NCBI GenBank assembly: GCA_964016885.1
Contig: OZ024746.1
Span: forward strand, 46,314,001 to 46,378,000
Direction: 5' to 3'
DNA length: 64,000 nt
Origin: Eledone cirrhosa
Taxonomy: Eukaryota
Shown here piece by piece: positions 26,340 to 40,000 of the stretch; the stretch's first letter is position 1, and each line of letters opens with the position of its first letter. The notes under the pieces are model-generated. The model had not been told where the DNA came from. It did not search any database and was given only the letters and a program-made list of their open reading frames with translations. The position numbers and the translations under genes are program-made.

Positions 26340-27115
26340 CAAATCAACTGGTCCCCAATGAAATAATATATGCAGAGCCACAGCAGTTCTAAAGGAAAGT
26401 TGGCACTCTCAGATTTGCTAAAGAATCGACATAGATAATTAATATAAAGACAAATATAGGAAAATAAGAAAAAATAAAATACACTGTATCAACAAATTGT
26501 TGAAGCAAGACATTCTTGCTAAATCACAACAATCTCTTAGTATTAAAAGTAATTGTTTTTCAAATAAAACAAACAAACTGTTCAACTACAAACCCAAATG
26601 ATTTTATTAAGAACTTGGTAAAAATAAACTAGAAATTATTACAGCATCAACAGCAAGAAGTATTTTAAGAGGTGTGTGAAGTAGAGAAATCACCATGGTG
26701 AAGACTATTCAAAACAATGAACACAATAACTGAACAAGCATGGGAGGCTATAACTGCCCTAAAAATAACAAAGGCACTGAAACCCAAAACATAAAAACAA
26801 CTGGAAGGTAACAAGACATCAAAGGACTAAAAACATCTGGTAAAAAAATTCAACAAGAAGACATTTATTGAGTTACTACAAGTAATATAGACAGTAACTA
26901 ACTAGCTGAATGAGGGAAAAATCATCGTAATTTCCAAAACTAAAGAAACTACAGCCTTTAAAATGCTACAGTCACAATCTGCCTTCCTATAACATACAAA
27001 GATTTAAATGCAATAATTTTCCGGAGAGTAAATAAACACATGGAAAGAAAAGTGCTTCCAGAAAAGTAGAAGAGATACAGCAAAAGTTCATACTAATGAA
27101 CAATGGTGCACAAGT
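26340..27115 (+). mobile_element. Highly decayed R4/Dong-like LINE fragment
   Basis: Manual translation gives LKQDILAKSQ, NKLFNYKPK.FY.EL and G.IIVISK..ICLPITYK-like pieces with many stops. Confidence 0.4.
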
Positions 27116-27199
27116 GAACTAAGTACAAGAGGGATAAGATGTATTGTGCTAGAAAGATCTTTACATTAACATGGACATGAGAGCATATATATAGTATGC

Positions 27200-27545
27200 A
27201 CCACCCCACCCACTTCCATACATCCCCCATGAGGTCAAGCTGAAGTTACATCCAGCGAAGCCTCCAGCCCACATTGTAAAGTGGTTCTGATCGTGACACC
27301 GCCAAAAAGCACCCATCCTACACTATAAAATGGTTGAGTAGGTGTCATGACAAAAGGCACCCAGTACTCACTGGAAATAAGGTTGGCATTAGAAAGGGCA
27401 TCCAACTGTTGAGCCCAAGCCAAAATCAGTTCTGTATGAGCAAGACATGGTCACCGGACCTGTCATTGCTCACAACAGGATAACTCGTCTAACCCATGCT
27501 AGCATTGAAAAGAAGATATTAAATGGTGATGATGATGATGATGAC
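27200..27545 (+). mobile_element. Old RTE 3'UTR-like element
   Basis: gttggcattagaaagggcatccaactg..aacccatgctagc..(gat)n. A similar relic is at 27930-28190. Confidence 0.65.
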
Positions 27546-28386
27546 AGAAAGACTTTTATAAAAATAAGTTCTAAGCATTTGAACTAGATGAAATCTGTGG
27601 AAAACTGAGACCAAAGGCTATATGGCATGAAGTGGCAAATAATGACTACAATCAAGAAACTAAACTTCACAAACAAGATGACACAAGATCATGATGACTG
27701 TCGACTTGCTATGCTAGAGAAAATCTATGTAATAGTGAAAGCATTGCATCACTAAAGTAAACATGGAGAGGCCCTTTGTAGTCCACCATGGATGGAACGA
27801 CTGCTCTAGTGTTGGTAGCATGATGAAATGCACTCAGTATCTCCTGTAAAGAGCTTGGTGATCAAATAGAGACAGTATAGAGTATAAAATACTCTTCAGT
27901 CTCGTCATGTATAGGATAACCTCTCTAATGTGGGTGTAACAATAAAATGTTCCCTGTACACACTGTAGCATAGTAATATTAGTGACCTAATGATGCAGCC
28001 AGAACACGCTAAAAAATTGGTTGGTATTAGGTAGGGCATACAGCTGTTGATATCATGCCAAAATATGGAATGTATGCACAAGAAATTGTATCTGACTTAT
28101 CTTGTCTTGGACTGTAATGACCTGAACAACCCATGCCAGCATAGAAAGTAGATGTAAAATGATGATGGAGATGATGATGATGATGATGATGCCTTACAGC
28201 TTCCATCAACTAAAATCACCCTCAGAGCATTGCTCTTCTCAAGTCTATAGTAGAAGAGACTTGTCGGTAGCTCTATGTGTTGAGATAGAACAAGACACCA
28301 TATTTTCATAAAGCAAACTTTTTAACCACTAGCCATGTCTATGCCTTTGTGTTTATGAAATTTGAGCCAGTTGTAAATAATATAAT

Positions 28387-28499
28387 TGTTTCTACTTTAG
28401 GCACAAGCCCAGCAATTACCCAGTACATTACTGGTACTTTATTTTATCGACCCCGTAAGGATGAAAGGCAAAGTTAACCTCAGCGGGATTTGAACTCAA
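28387..28499 (-). mobile_element. SINE family 1, truncated
   Basis: Reverse complement of the core, with TSD agttgtaaataatataat. Confidence 0.85.
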
Positions 28500-28874
28500 A
28501 GTTGTAAATAATATAATTGTTTCTTAATAATATAATATAACCATATAATATATGTGATAAGCAAAGAAAACACTGATATCTATATTAACTGCATGTCAGC
28601 TGAAATATTCATGGAATCTCAATACCCAATGCATCTTCATTTCATTAGTTAATTCACAGTCTATTAAGTGTGACACTGCATGCAAATATGTTGTTATATC
28701 AAACAGTATTATTGTCATGATATTTATTACTTCTCATTTGTTATGATTCAGCATTTTAGATACAAACCATTATATTTCTGGATGAAAATACATTATACAC
28801 ATTATCTATTAACTATCCTTTTCATATTCTGCAATTATAACCAATGCCACACAGCTGAGATATCTTATAGTTTT

Positions 28875-28935
<61 letters not shown>

Positions 28936-28939
<4 letters not shown>

Positions 28940-29052
28940 GGAATAGAATAGAATGAAACGAAATTTCATTTCTCACTCTTAGTACGGCACTTACCTAAAT
29001 GTAAGTATGTATGTATACGTACATACATATATGTATACAAACGTACAGTAGC

Positions 29053-29089
<37 letters not shown>

Positions 29090-29267
29090 CACACATATAT
29101 ATATGTACGTATCAGTTTAGCGAACATTTATTATAATGTTCGCTTTGTTCGTTTGTAAACAAACGGACAGCCTGGTTTTTGCCGTATGGTGTTAAGGCAA
29201 CCACGTCACCTTTTTGTTCAACACTGACACTGATACGTACATATATATATGTGTGCCTGTATGTATG

Positions 29268-29326
<59 letters not shown>

Positions 29327-29840
29327 GCTACTGTACGTCTGTATACATATATGTATGTACGTATACATACATACTTACATTTAAGTAAGTGCCGTACTAA
29401 GAGTGAGAAATGAAATTTCATTTCATTCTATTCTATTCCATTTATCGTTTTCGGTGCGCCTGGCCGACTGAACTCACTCGATATGCAAATTAGGCTGCTC
29501 AGCCGTTAATTTTCATAAGGAAAGTATATACTTTCGAACGTTCAACCATCTGGCAGAAGGTTATACGGTGCTGACGATAGCTAACAAGCTTGAAACTAGT
29601 ACATCGTTCCTGTGTCAGTGTTGAACTAAAAGGTGACGTGGTTGCCTTAACACCGTACGGCATAAATCAGGCTGTCCGTTTGTTTACAAACGAACAAAGC
29701 GAACATTATAATAAATGTTCGCTAAACTGATACGTACATATATATATGTGTGCCTGTATCTATATATATATATATATATATATATACATGCTACTGTACG
29801 TCTGTATACATATATGTATGTACGTATACATACATACTTA
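28936..29840 (+). mobile_element. HHR retrozyme-like element, copy 3: inverted partial copy (28936-29230) plus about 1.2 tandem units (29231-29840)
   Basis: tgatacgtacat recurs at 29231 and 29728 (period 497 including variable TA). The left part is the reverse complement of the unit. Confidence 0.85.
29565..29607 (+). ncRNA. Type I minimal hammerhead ribozyme
   Basis: acggtg-CTGACGA-t-agct aaca agct-t-GAAAC-ta-GTA-catcgt. Confidence 0.82.
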
Positions 29841-30171
29841 TATATATATATAGAGAGAGAGAGACATGGCTACAGACAGTCATACAACCACACTCACATA
29901 CACACAGTAATATCTACATAAGCTCACCTAAAGACACAGACTCACACTCATATATAAACACACTGAGGAGAAATAACATCATGCACAGTCATGAAATACA
30001 CTCCATCTGCACATACATAACTACACTAATGATAGACCCAGATTCTCCATTTTGGGCCCCCACTCCACATGCCACATTACTTGTTTGTCTGCCTCACTCA
30101 TAAAAAAAAGCTTCTTTCTTTTTTTTTCAACCTTCCATCCTCCTCTTTCTGCAAACATAACTTGTTATTTT

Positions 30172-30220
30172 GTTCTTGATGAAGGACTTCTGTCCGATAT
30201 GTTGAAACATTTATTTATAT
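30172..30220 (+). other. Degenerate hammerhead relic in a PLE-like end
   Basis: tgttc-TTGATGA-a-ggac ttct gtcc-GATA-t-gtt-gaaaca, with both core boxes mutated. Confidence 0.35.
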
Positions 30221-32029
30221 TCATTCCTAGGTATGAAACCTATAAGACTTTGTGTTATTGCATTTCTGCGTTCATCTTTTTATACTTAAATTATATATAT
30301 ATATATATATATTTGTGTGCGTGTGTATGTGTGTGTGTAAATACGCACAAAGTAAACAGAAATAACAAAGAAAATGACCTAGAACAATGGAGAAATATAT
30401 TAGTTTAACGCTTCATCAGAGGATAGAATGAAAAATAAAAGATGAAATAGAAAGATAGAGAGTGAGAAGAGGAAAGAATGGAAAAAAAGTTTGAGAAAAG
30501 CACATACGTATTTACTCAGCCTTATATATATATGCTATCAAATTCTTGGAAGGTTCCATAGAGGCAGTTGACAGCTTCTGCTACCTGGGTAACCAAATTA
30601 GCAGTGGAGGTGGGTGTACCAAAAATGCAGTAGCCAGAGTGTTTTGACCAAATACCATAAGGGCTTGTTTTCTGACAGAGACACAAACTACATGCACTTG
30701 CTCACATACATACACGCATACATGCTTGAACCTAAAGTATAGTTGTCTATTTGTATTATGTAATCTAGAAGTAGTGTTGTAATTTGTAAAACAAGGAGGG
30801 GCTTCTTACACTTTGCACAAACTCAAATATACTTAGTTAGTTGCCTGTTATCTGGTTACATCTTCAGTTCAACCTCAGTTAATATAATATATTTCTATCT
30901 TGCCAGCAAAATATAGAGAAAGAGACAAGTATTTTTTTCTTTTTATAATTAATGACTGTACAACTTCTCTCATATTGGTAAACTCTATGCCATTGGTGAC
31001 AAGCATTTGTAGATAACTGCAATTCTGAGGAAGGAAGATTGAGTGAACTGTTTAGTGTCTAATTGCTTTTGTCATTCTTGTTTTGATGTTAGACAGGCTT
31101 AAACAATAAAAACTATGATACAAAGCATTCCAGATCTAACAATCCAGTCTTTTGGCATATCATGGACTGCATTGTCCAATATATCGTTTTTTCGATATAA
31201 AGACAATAAGATGCAATTTGGTAGCCATTTCTGTCAGGATGACAGATTGCATAATGGCACCCACATGGCTCAAGAATTTAGTGTTTGTTGTAATCAAGAG
31301 TAAAAATATATGAATGATAAGAGCAAGATAGATACTTGCATTAATGGAAAACAATTTGATTGTTTAAAGGAGTAACAGTGATACAAAAGCTATATGGTGA
31401 CCCAGCACAGAGGTGAATCAGTGTTTCAAACATAGCCACAGGATATTTGTTAATTGATAAGATAACCCTTAAATATTTGTGTTACAGAAGCTGTTATTTG
31501 TCAGGCATATAAACAGTACTTTAATGTCAAATACACAATTGCCTTGGAGCTCAGCAAGTCTATAATGATTTAATCTTTTCAGGTCCATATGAAGAAGCAT
31601 TTCCTTTATAAATTTTGTAAAACTGCCCCTCCTCTTTTCAAGTCATCCTAAACTGACTAATGCTGTTGATGTTTGACATGAACATCTGAGGGCCATATCT
31701 GAGAAACAAGGAGAGTTAATTCCAAAGAGTAACTACCTTGGGAAAGAGGATTAGCAAAATGTTTACTGTGGTGTCCAGTGGTTTGAAACAATACATGTGA
31801 TAAAGAGACGAAACATGGATGAAAACTGTAGTGTTGTGTAGCAGTGTCTATTTCAAATGAGCAAATACAATTCAATTACAGTAGTTATAAAAGTAGAAAG
31901 AAAAATCTATGCATATAGCCACCATTTTACAGCAAGTTGTAAAATATAAAAGACAATTGTTGTTATACTAGGAAGCAACAGAAGGGATCTCTCTCCCTCT
32001 CCCTCTCTTTATATATATATATTTCATCA

Positions 32030-32930
32030 TATTTATGTTTGCTTTTCCACACTTGCATGGGTTAGACGGGTACTTGTCAACACATCATGATCCTTTGTCA
32101 TCGTCTCAGTGATTTGAGATCAGCTCTCAAAACCTCTGCTCAGGTCTTTCTTGGTCTACCTCTTCTGCAACTTCCTTCCATTGGCATTTCCTGGCACCTC
32201 TTCACCAAACGATCATTGTCCATGCTTATTACATGTCCAAACCAACGCAGTCTTCTCTCTTGCACACCACCTCAATTTCTTCTTAAACCCAGCTTCTCTT
32301 CAACTCTTCCAAACTCTGCCTTTCTCTCACACTTACACTGCACATCCAATGGAGCATGGTTGCTTCATTTCTTTTCAATCTATGCACATTTTCTGCAGCC
32401 ACAGCCCATAGTTTACTTCACACACTTCACACACGAGCATCATACAATCGTCTTTTTGTACATAGGGAGAAACTTTTTGTAGTCAACAGTGGGAGTAGCT
32501 CTCTGAACTGTTTCCATCCTATCCTTTTTCTACCTATTGTGCTCTCAGAGTACTGCCCTCTATTGCTATTTAGGTCATGCAGATAGCAGATGCTATCAAC
32601 CACTTCTATGGGTCCTTTCTGTGGAATAGACTTACATCACTAGTTATTTTCCTCTTGGGTACTCCTGTGCATCCACTACAAACAAAGTCCTCCCTTCCTT
32701 TTAGCTTACTCATTATCCCACTATATCTCTTGTGTACCCAAGATTTACATTGTGTACATCATATGAAGTTTATGTCTATTCCCGTTCTACATATTAAATA
32801 GGGCCACTTCCCCAGAGGAATCAGGGTCCTATCTTCTCTACTACTCACTAACATTTTAATTTTGGCTAAGTTTACTCTTAGGCCTTTTGATTCTAAATTC
32901 TGTTTCCATAGTCAGAACTTATTTTCTTGG
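32030..32930 (-). mobile_element. Older RTE LINE 3' part
   Basis: Reverse-complement homology to 1310-2220 (IGRKRIGWKQFRELLPLLT, GRPRKT). Confidence 0.85.
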
Positions 32931-33865
32931 TGTGTGTGTGTGTATTGTGATATTGATTGAAAGTATAATGGATTATTGTTTAGTTTCAGTTCAACAGTGT
33001 AAACTGGGTGATAAGCTGGATTAAGTGTAAATATCTTATTTTGATTGGTTGGATTTTATGGAAGGTGTGACATGAATTTATCAACCTAGTTTTGATATCA
33101 AGTTTAAATCATTTCAGAGTTTGTTTCGAGTTTATTCTATTTCAAATTTTTGTTGTGCATTTTATTTTAAATTTTCTATTTGCTGTTTTTTTTCTTTTTT
33201 TATATGTATATTTGTCAGAGTGAAACTCCTATGTGGCTGAAGCTAAACTATTATGTGTACAAGTGATAATCTAGTGATAGGATGTCTGTATACATATGGA
33301 GAAACATTTCAGTAATTCTTTTTTTAGTGTGCTCTTTGTGTGTGTTGCGCTATGTTAACTAGAAAAGAATATATTTCTATCTAATTCCTGGTAGTCTACT
33401 CATGCTAACATTATTTCCTCAAGTTTTAGAGTCAGCTAGTTTACAGCCAGAAATAACATGAAACAGAACATCAAAAATAGCTACAACAAGTCTTGAACTC
33501 ATGATTTTATAGAGAAATCAGCAATGCATAAATAGTTCACTTCTAAGAAATAGCAATGAATTTACATCTGAATTTTACTACAATAACAAAAAACTCAAAT
33601 GAAATTCATATGAACAAGATGAGCAGTAAAATTCATATAAGTAATTTCATTTAAACTTAAAAATTCCTTACAGGAACATCATTATTATCATTGTATTTTG
33701 AATAAAGGCATTCATAATGTTGTTCATCTAGTAAAATCTATGCAAGATTTGCAATTGGCAAATATAAAAAAAAATTGCTGCATCCTCAAATACATATATT
33801 CAAATGCACAAACACACACACACACACACACATACACTCATACATATGCTTATATATATGTATAT

Positions 33866-34054
33866 AATAGAATTAGAATTTAGCTTTGAGCATAGCTGTA
33901 TACAGATATGTATTATAATTTTGTATTTCTAAAAAAATATGGTATGTTTATAAATAAACATTTAGAAAGCCAGAGCTATGCAAAAACTTTAGCAGCTATC
34001 ACCAATACATTCTGTATACAGCTATGCTCGAAGCTAAATCCTAATTTTATTCTA
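33866..34054. repeat. Inverted-repeat element with arms of about 40 bp (MITE-like)
   Basis: aattagaatttagctttgagcatagctgtatacaga versus tctgtatacagctatgctcgaagctaaatcctaatt. Confidence 0.6.
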
Positions 34055-34079
34055 TTATAAGTTAAGTCAATTTATACAG

Positions 34080-34250
34080 ACTTATAAAGACTTGGGTAGA
34101 TGTAGTGAAAGATGATCTCAAATCACTGAGACTCACAGAGGAGATGAGAATGCAACGCAAGGATAGGAAAGATACTGTGCTGAAAAGAACCCGTCTAACC
34201 CAAGCAAGTATGGAAAAACAGATGTAAAATCGATAATGACAATGACGACA
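34080..34250 (+). mobile_element. RTE 3' end relic
   Basis: Homologous to 2075-2230. Confidence 0.65.
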
Positions 34251-34373
34251 ATGTTGATCAATATTGTCAGCTTTTTTTTATCAAAATGTAAATAACAGGC
34301 ATGTACTGAAATTTCATGAAAGTCGCATGATTACAATTATATATTTCTTACATACATTATATTCATTATATAA

Positions 34374-34740
34374 GGGTGGTGGATTGGCAGTATCGGTAGA
34401 GGGTCGGATGCCATCCTTTGCAGCATAGTTATGTCTCTTTACGGTCTGAGTTCAAATCCCGCCGAGGTTAACTTTGCCTTTCATCCTTACGGGGTCGATA
34501 AAATAAAGTACCAGTAATGTACTGGTAATTGATGGCCTTGTGCCAAAAGTGGAAACAATTATTAAAGGGGTGGTGGATTGGCCGTATCGGTAGAGGGTCT
34601 GATGCCATGCTTTGCAGCAAAGAGTTACGGCCCTTTATGATCCGAGGTTAACTTTGCCTTTCATCTTTACGGGGGTCGATAAAATAAAGTACCAGTAATA
34701 CACTGGAATAATTGCTGGCCTTGTGCCAAATGTAGAAACA
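34374..34740 (+). mobile_element. Tandem pair of SINE family 1 copies
   Basis: Two monomers, with outer TSD attatattcatta. Confidence 0.85.
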
Positions 34741-35049
34741 ATTATATTCATTACATCGGTTTTATCAAAAACTATCAGAATCCTCTGTTCAATCAATTTC
34801 ATTAGCTAGAAGTTAATTTTATATAATAAATTGATGAAAACAGTGAAATTGAGGAGATAAGTCGTGATAAAAACTAATAAGCTAAGTTCCTTGTATATGT
34901 TTATGTAGACACAGGGAAAATATAGAGAAAAATGCACACAAAGAGTATAGCTCACATATTACAGATTATAATATTATTATCATAATATTATTTAATTATT
35001 TATCATTAATATAGTTGTATGCATGTATGCATGTATGTATGTATATGTT

Positions 35050-35325
35050 GGGTCACTCTTGAATGCTACTGGTAACATGTAACCCAGTACAACCTGTCAC
35101 CTGATCAGGTCGTCGGTGACTAAACCGGCAACCCCACCAAGTGGTAAGGAACCAGATGGACCATAACGCACCAGAGTATTCAATACTTAGTGTAGTAGAG
35201 TGGGTAATAGGAAAATGTTTGAACCCGACGGCAGAGCTCAAGCCATTTTGCCGGCTATTTCTGGACTCCAGAAATAGCCGGCGAAACGGCTTGAGCTCTG
35301 CCATCGGGGTCAAACATTTTCCTAT
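35050..35325 (-). mobile_element. Fold-back PLE end: 119-bp near-perfect hairpin (35207-35325) plus tail
   Basis: The arms contain the HHR 3' half GAAAC-ggc..gcc-(G/A)TC. The tail is shared with the copies at 9907 and 41811. Confidence 0.7.
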
Positions 35326-37000
35326 ATATATATATATATATATATATATGGGGTTTGTACAGTTTCCTTCTTTCATTTTCACCCATGATACATTAGTTAG
35401 CCCAAGGTTACAGTAGAAGAAACTTGCCCATGGTTTCATGAAGTGAAGTAGATCCCAAGACCACACAACCAGGCCTATGCTCATTTTAAATACCAATATT
35501 ACTAATGATGGATAAAAATAAAGAATAAAAGAAAAACTTTCTTCATCGATTGGGTATAACAAAAATTATATTTATGTAATTTATATATCCAATTTAACTA
35601 GCTTGAAAGTATATCAGTTGCAAATAAATGGTTTCCTCTTGGGTGTTTGGATCTAAATAAGTCTAAGACCTGATAAGATTACTTTCATTTTGGGCATCTA
35701 ATACATTGTAAAAGATACCTCGATGGGGAGTTCATAACTATTCTCTTGATACCTACATGATTAGTAATTAGCTAGCTGATCAGATAGTTAATACTATATA
35801 ACAGGTAACAACATGCAAATATAGTTTCTTTCTTTGATATGTTTAGATTAATATTATCTCCTTTAATACTTTTATACTCTTGAGTTCCAATTTCAATTCA
35901 GTTCTGTCATTTTGATTAAAAATTAAAGCAAATTACTATGTATAAACATACAAAGCAGAGAATTAAACATTTATAGTCTTCAATCCAAAATAATGGGCAA
36001 ATTTGCAACTGGGCATTAAGGAACTCTTGTGGTTATTATAACTAAAACAACAACTACTACTTCTATTGTTGCTGCTACTACTACTACAAATAATAAAAAT
36101 GATAATTGCTGATTTAGGCAATGGGGGGGGGGGTCGATTAAATCGACCCCAGTCTATTACTGATACTTTATTTTGCCAGCCCCACAAGGATGAAAGTTAA
36201 AGCAAAGTACTTATTTTCCTTACGGTCAAAATTTCATAGTTCATAAACCAGAGCAAAGAAACCGATCTAAGCAATGGTTTATTGATTACCAATGCAAGGA
36301 AAATATGTACTTCTTCCTAAATATTATATGCTTTATATATATGTCAAAATAGTATGTATTTCTCTTATGATATATGGCTCTTTCTATATTTTTTTTTTTT
36401 ACTACCACATGTAATTTCATTAATATATGTCTGTGTATGTCAACCACGTAAATATATATATTAAGCTTTTCCTTAGACTCTGTTTGATATTTGATATTAA
36501 CGTTGTTATATCATATCATTTTTATGTAATCGTATTATAGATTTTAATATATGTTATTTGAAGTACTGTTCTGTTATATTTTGTAATATTTTGTGATATT
36601 TTAGTTAAGTTTATGCCAATGTAAAATGACTTGACCTCTGTGTATTTGTTGCAATGGTATAGATATTTTTTCAACACAATTTTTTCAACACAATTTAGTT
36701 CTATATGATTTTTTTTCTTACCCTGTGTAAAACTTTATACTATTTGTTAACCTTGAATTATATATATGATGGAATTTTGTATATCTTTTGATGCCAATAT
36801 ATTATAATATTGTTATTATAATGTTATTATAATGTTTTTATATTGTTTATGCACACTGACAGGGAATTATATATTATATTTTATTTTTATTTTTATCTTT
36901 ATTCTTATTTTTATCTTTACTATATTATACTGTAAACAATATATATATATATATTTAAATACTTAATAAGTGTTAGTTTGTGTTTGTACTAATGTATATA

Positions 37001-37034
<34 letters not shown>

Positions 37035-37037
<3 letters not shown>

Positions 37038-40000
37038 ATGGATGGACTACGGAATTCTGGAGAGTTGAAGAGAGAAAAATGTGGACGCTCAGCGACAATG
37101 CCAAAGATAAAGACAAATTCACCTCGTGGACGAGAATGCAAGCACTCCGCCTTGTTTCGGCCCAGGATGGCTAACATAACCCCATCCCCCCCCCCCGTGC
37201 CCCACCGCTCCCACCTTCCAAACGCAATCCAAAACTTCAGAGTTGGTACCATGAATGTAGGCACCTTAAAGGGTCGCTCTAACGAGGTTGTAGAAATGCT
37301 TGAACGTAAGGAGGTCGATGTTTGTTGTATTCAAGAGACCACGTGGAGGGGAGGGTCGGCTAGATTCATCGTGGGTAAAGAACGATGCTATAAGCTTTTC
37401 TGGGTGGGAAATGACAATGGGTTGGGTGGGGTAGGAATCATGGTAGCAGAAAAGTGGGCAGATAAGATAATAGACGTAAATAGAGTGAACGACAGAATAA
37501 TTAAAATAAGACTTGTCCTCAATAAAACTACGGTGACAGTAATATCTGCGTACGCACCACAATCCGGACTGCCCGGTGCTATAAAAGACAGATTCTACGA
37601 GACACTGATGCTCGCTACCTCCCAAATAACCGACAGTGACTATATAATTATTGCAGGCGACCTAAATGGTCACGTTGGACAACATTGTGACGGCTATGAC
37701 GGAATCCATGGAGGCTATGGGTTCGGTACTAGAAATGAGGAAGGCTCCAGAATCCTGGAATTCTGCGATGCAAATAACTTAACTATCTGTAACACTAACT
37801 TCAAAAAACGAGACAATCACTGGATCACCTATAGATCGGGGGAACACACAAGCCAGGTAGATTATATCCTTACCAGAAGACGTGACAGAGTGTCTGTTGT
37901 TAACACTAAATCCCTCCCCCATAAAGAATTCACCTCCCAACATAGACTGATAATTAGCGACCTCATAGTCAGGACGAGACGTACTAGACAGCGGAAGACG
38001 ACTATCCTCAGGAGAAAAATATGGAAGCTAAAGGACCCCATAGCCAGAAATAAATTTCAAAGCATATTACTTGACGCTTTCGACAGTAAGGAAGAGCAAT
38101 TAGAGTCGTATAATATAGAGGAACAGTGGGAATTCCTGAGAGCAAACCTGCTGACGGCGGCAGACGAAGTCTGTGGCTGGAGCAGGCCTGTAGGTAGGAG
38201 GAGAGTAACATGGTGGTGGAACAGTAAGGTGGAGGAGTCAGTTAAGGCCAAAAAGCAGGCTTGGAAAGCATGGCGGGATGGGGGAAGTAGAGAAGACTAT
38301 CAAGTGGCCAGGGGGGAAGCTAGGAGACAAGTGTACTTCGCAAGAAGGGAAGCAGAGGAAAGAAAGTTCAAGCATGTTCTACAACGTGAGGACCAAAAAC
38401 GTGAGGTGTTCAGGATTGCCAGGCAATGTGTCAAGGAAAACCGTGATATTGTCGGGGAGAAGTGTGTACTTAACGATGATGGCATACTTGCCATCACCGA
38501 CGCTGATAAGAAGGTAGCTAGGAAGTGTCACTATGAAAGGCTTCTAAATGAGGAGAACAAATGGGAGAAAGACAGTCTCCCCCACATCGACCCAATAGAG
38601 GGACCAGCAGTGTTAGTCCAGGGTAGTACAATAAGCAAGGCAATCAAAGATATGAAGACGGGTAAGGCGGCTGGTCCTTCGGAAATAGTTGCTGAGATGC
38701 TGAAGGCATCTGGTTCGGTGGGACACACCATGGTCACCCGGATAGTTAACCAAGTCGTACAGAATGGGGTTGTTCCGAAGGACTGGCGTAGCAGCATCAT
38801 CGTTAACTGCTATAAGGGAAAAGGAGATGCCCTAGATAGGAGTAACTATAGAGGCATTAAATTAATCGACCAGGTCATGAAGGTCACGGAAAAAGTAATA
38901 GCGCAACTAATCAGAGAGAGAATTGATCTAGATGAAATGCAGTTCGGATTTGTGTCAGGCAAAAGTACCACAGACGCTCTTTTCATTGTACGACAACTAC
39001 AGGAGAAGTACCTAACTAAAAGTAAACCCCTATACTTAGCTTTCATCGACTTGGAGAAAGCCTTCGACAGAGTCTCCCGTTCCATTATCTGGTGGTCTCT
39101 TAGAAAACTAGGTGTTGACGAATGGCTTGTGAGAGCTATACAAGCCATGTATAAAGAAACAGTCAGTAAGGTTAGAATTAACAACGAATATAGTGAAGAG
39201 TTTAGCGTAAAAGTTGGTGTCCATCAGGGCTCTGTTCTTAGCCCCCTAATATTTATTATTGCCCTTCAGGCTATAACAGTGGAGTTCAAGACCGGCTGCC
39301 CATGGGAACTCCTATACGCAGATGATCTAACGCTCATAGCTGAATCAATGACCGAACTAGAGAAGAAATTCCAAACATGGAAGCACGGCCTAGAATCAAA
39401 AAGCCTTAAAATTAACCTGGCTAAGACTAAAGTTCTAGTTTGTAGGAAAGAAAATAAGGCGGCAGTCCCATCTGGGAAATGGCCATGCTCAGTGTGTAGG
39501 AAAGGCGTAGGTAGAAACTCCATTTTATGTCCCAAATGCAAAGTATGGGTGCATAAAAGATGTAGTGGGATCACAAGATGTAGTGGGATCACAGGTAAGC
39601 TAACTAAGAACATAGATTTTACATGTGGCCGGTGCTCTGGTGCAATAAGTAGCAGCAAGTGCCCACAAATACTAGCTCCTTCAACTGCGCAGAGGGTTCT
39701 ATAGAAATAGTGGACAGCTTCTGTTACCTGGGTGACAAAATCAGCAGTGGGGGAGGGTGCTCTGAAAGTACAGTAGCTAGAGTCAGAACAGGATGGAAAA
39801 AGTTCAGAGAGCTTATACCACTATTAGCCGCTAGAGGTTTCTCCCTAAAAATGAAAGGCAGGTTATACGATGCCTGCATACGAACAGCAATGCTGCATGG
39901 CAGTGAGACCTGGGCATTGTGTGCAGAGGATATACGCAGACTAGAGAAGAACGAAGCTTGCATGCTCCGCTGGATGGGCAATAGTAATATACGTGAACGG

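Noticed and set aside
35052-35125. Hammerhead-like ccgacga-cct gatc agg-tgacag on the minus strand
   Set aside because: Both core boxes deviate and there is no properly placed cleavage triplet or stem I.
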